Assembly: GCF_006345805.1 (NCBI RefSeq) | Contig: NC_043008.1 | Location: 6,820,001-6,884,000, forward strand | Reading direction: 5' to 3' | Length of the DNA stretch: 64,000 nt | From: Octopus sinensis | Lineage: Eukaryota | Part shown: positions 63,602 to 64,000 of the stretch, piece after piece | Layout: each line of letters begins with the position of its first letter | How positions within the stretch are numbered: the stretch's first letter is position 1 | Notes under the pieces: generated by a model | What the model saw: the letters and a program-made list of their open reading frames with translations, nothing else | Databases searched by the model: none | Told to the model about the DNA's origin: nothing | Translations under genes and position numbers: made by a program

Positions 63602-64000
63602 GGTATACTATCTCATATGGATGATATATTTCGGGTATTATATAAAGAGATACGTGATATCAGTAGTGAAAATAACCCGACTACTTTTAACAGAGGAAAT
63701 CATGTCTAGCAAGAAAAAAGACGTGCATTTCTTTCTATACGCTAGCGTATGTATGTTTGGGTGTGGTTGAAGATACGATAAAAACCTTGTTTGTTATTAT
63801 TTCTATCAGACGTTGGTCACTGTTATATAATAAAGATACATTTCGGGAGTGAAATTTGCATCTATAATAACTCCGGAAAAATGTTTTTGAGTTTCTCAAC
63901 TTCACATTTATTTTTTTCCACTCGAATTCTCAAATATCTTGTCTCTATCAAAAAAAAAAAAAAAAAAAGACAGCAAGGGAGAAAGAAAAAGAAAAGAAAA

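Overview
This is AT-rich, microsatellite-dense eukaryotic non-coding DNA, most likely intronic or intergenic Octopus sequence. The organism is inferred from the tRNA-derived SINE families, not proven. No host protein-coding gene, rRNA, true tRNA or CRISPR array can be supported. Almost all ORFs in the track are translations of (TA)n, (CA)n, (CATA)n, (TCTA)n and (TAA)n repeats. What can be supported is a dense mobile-element record. There are four tRNA-headed SINE types (my labels): A has a core reading GCCTTTCATCCTTTCGGGGTCGATAAA; B has a CORE-like CTTGGGCAAG and an internal microsatellite; C has an Arg-tRNA-like head with a V-like or alternative body; D has a Val-tRNA-like head. Also present are several Penelope-like retroelement fossils (one with YRDD), degenerate minimal hammerhead ribozyme motifs, an R4/Dong-like restriction-like endonuclease fragment ending in TAA repeats, a non-autonomous Helitron, Tigger-, mariner- and hAT-type MITEs, and a Merlin deletion derivative with a zinc-ribbon transposase remnant. 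The least explained signal is that SINE-A repeatedly forms ~184-bp head-to-tail multimers. These join at one fixed nucleotide through a palindromic junction (GAAATA-GG-TATTTC), with an apparently compensatory variant in one array and private variants shared between units. All family assignments come from motif recognition by eye and need Dfam/Repbase/HMMER confirmation.
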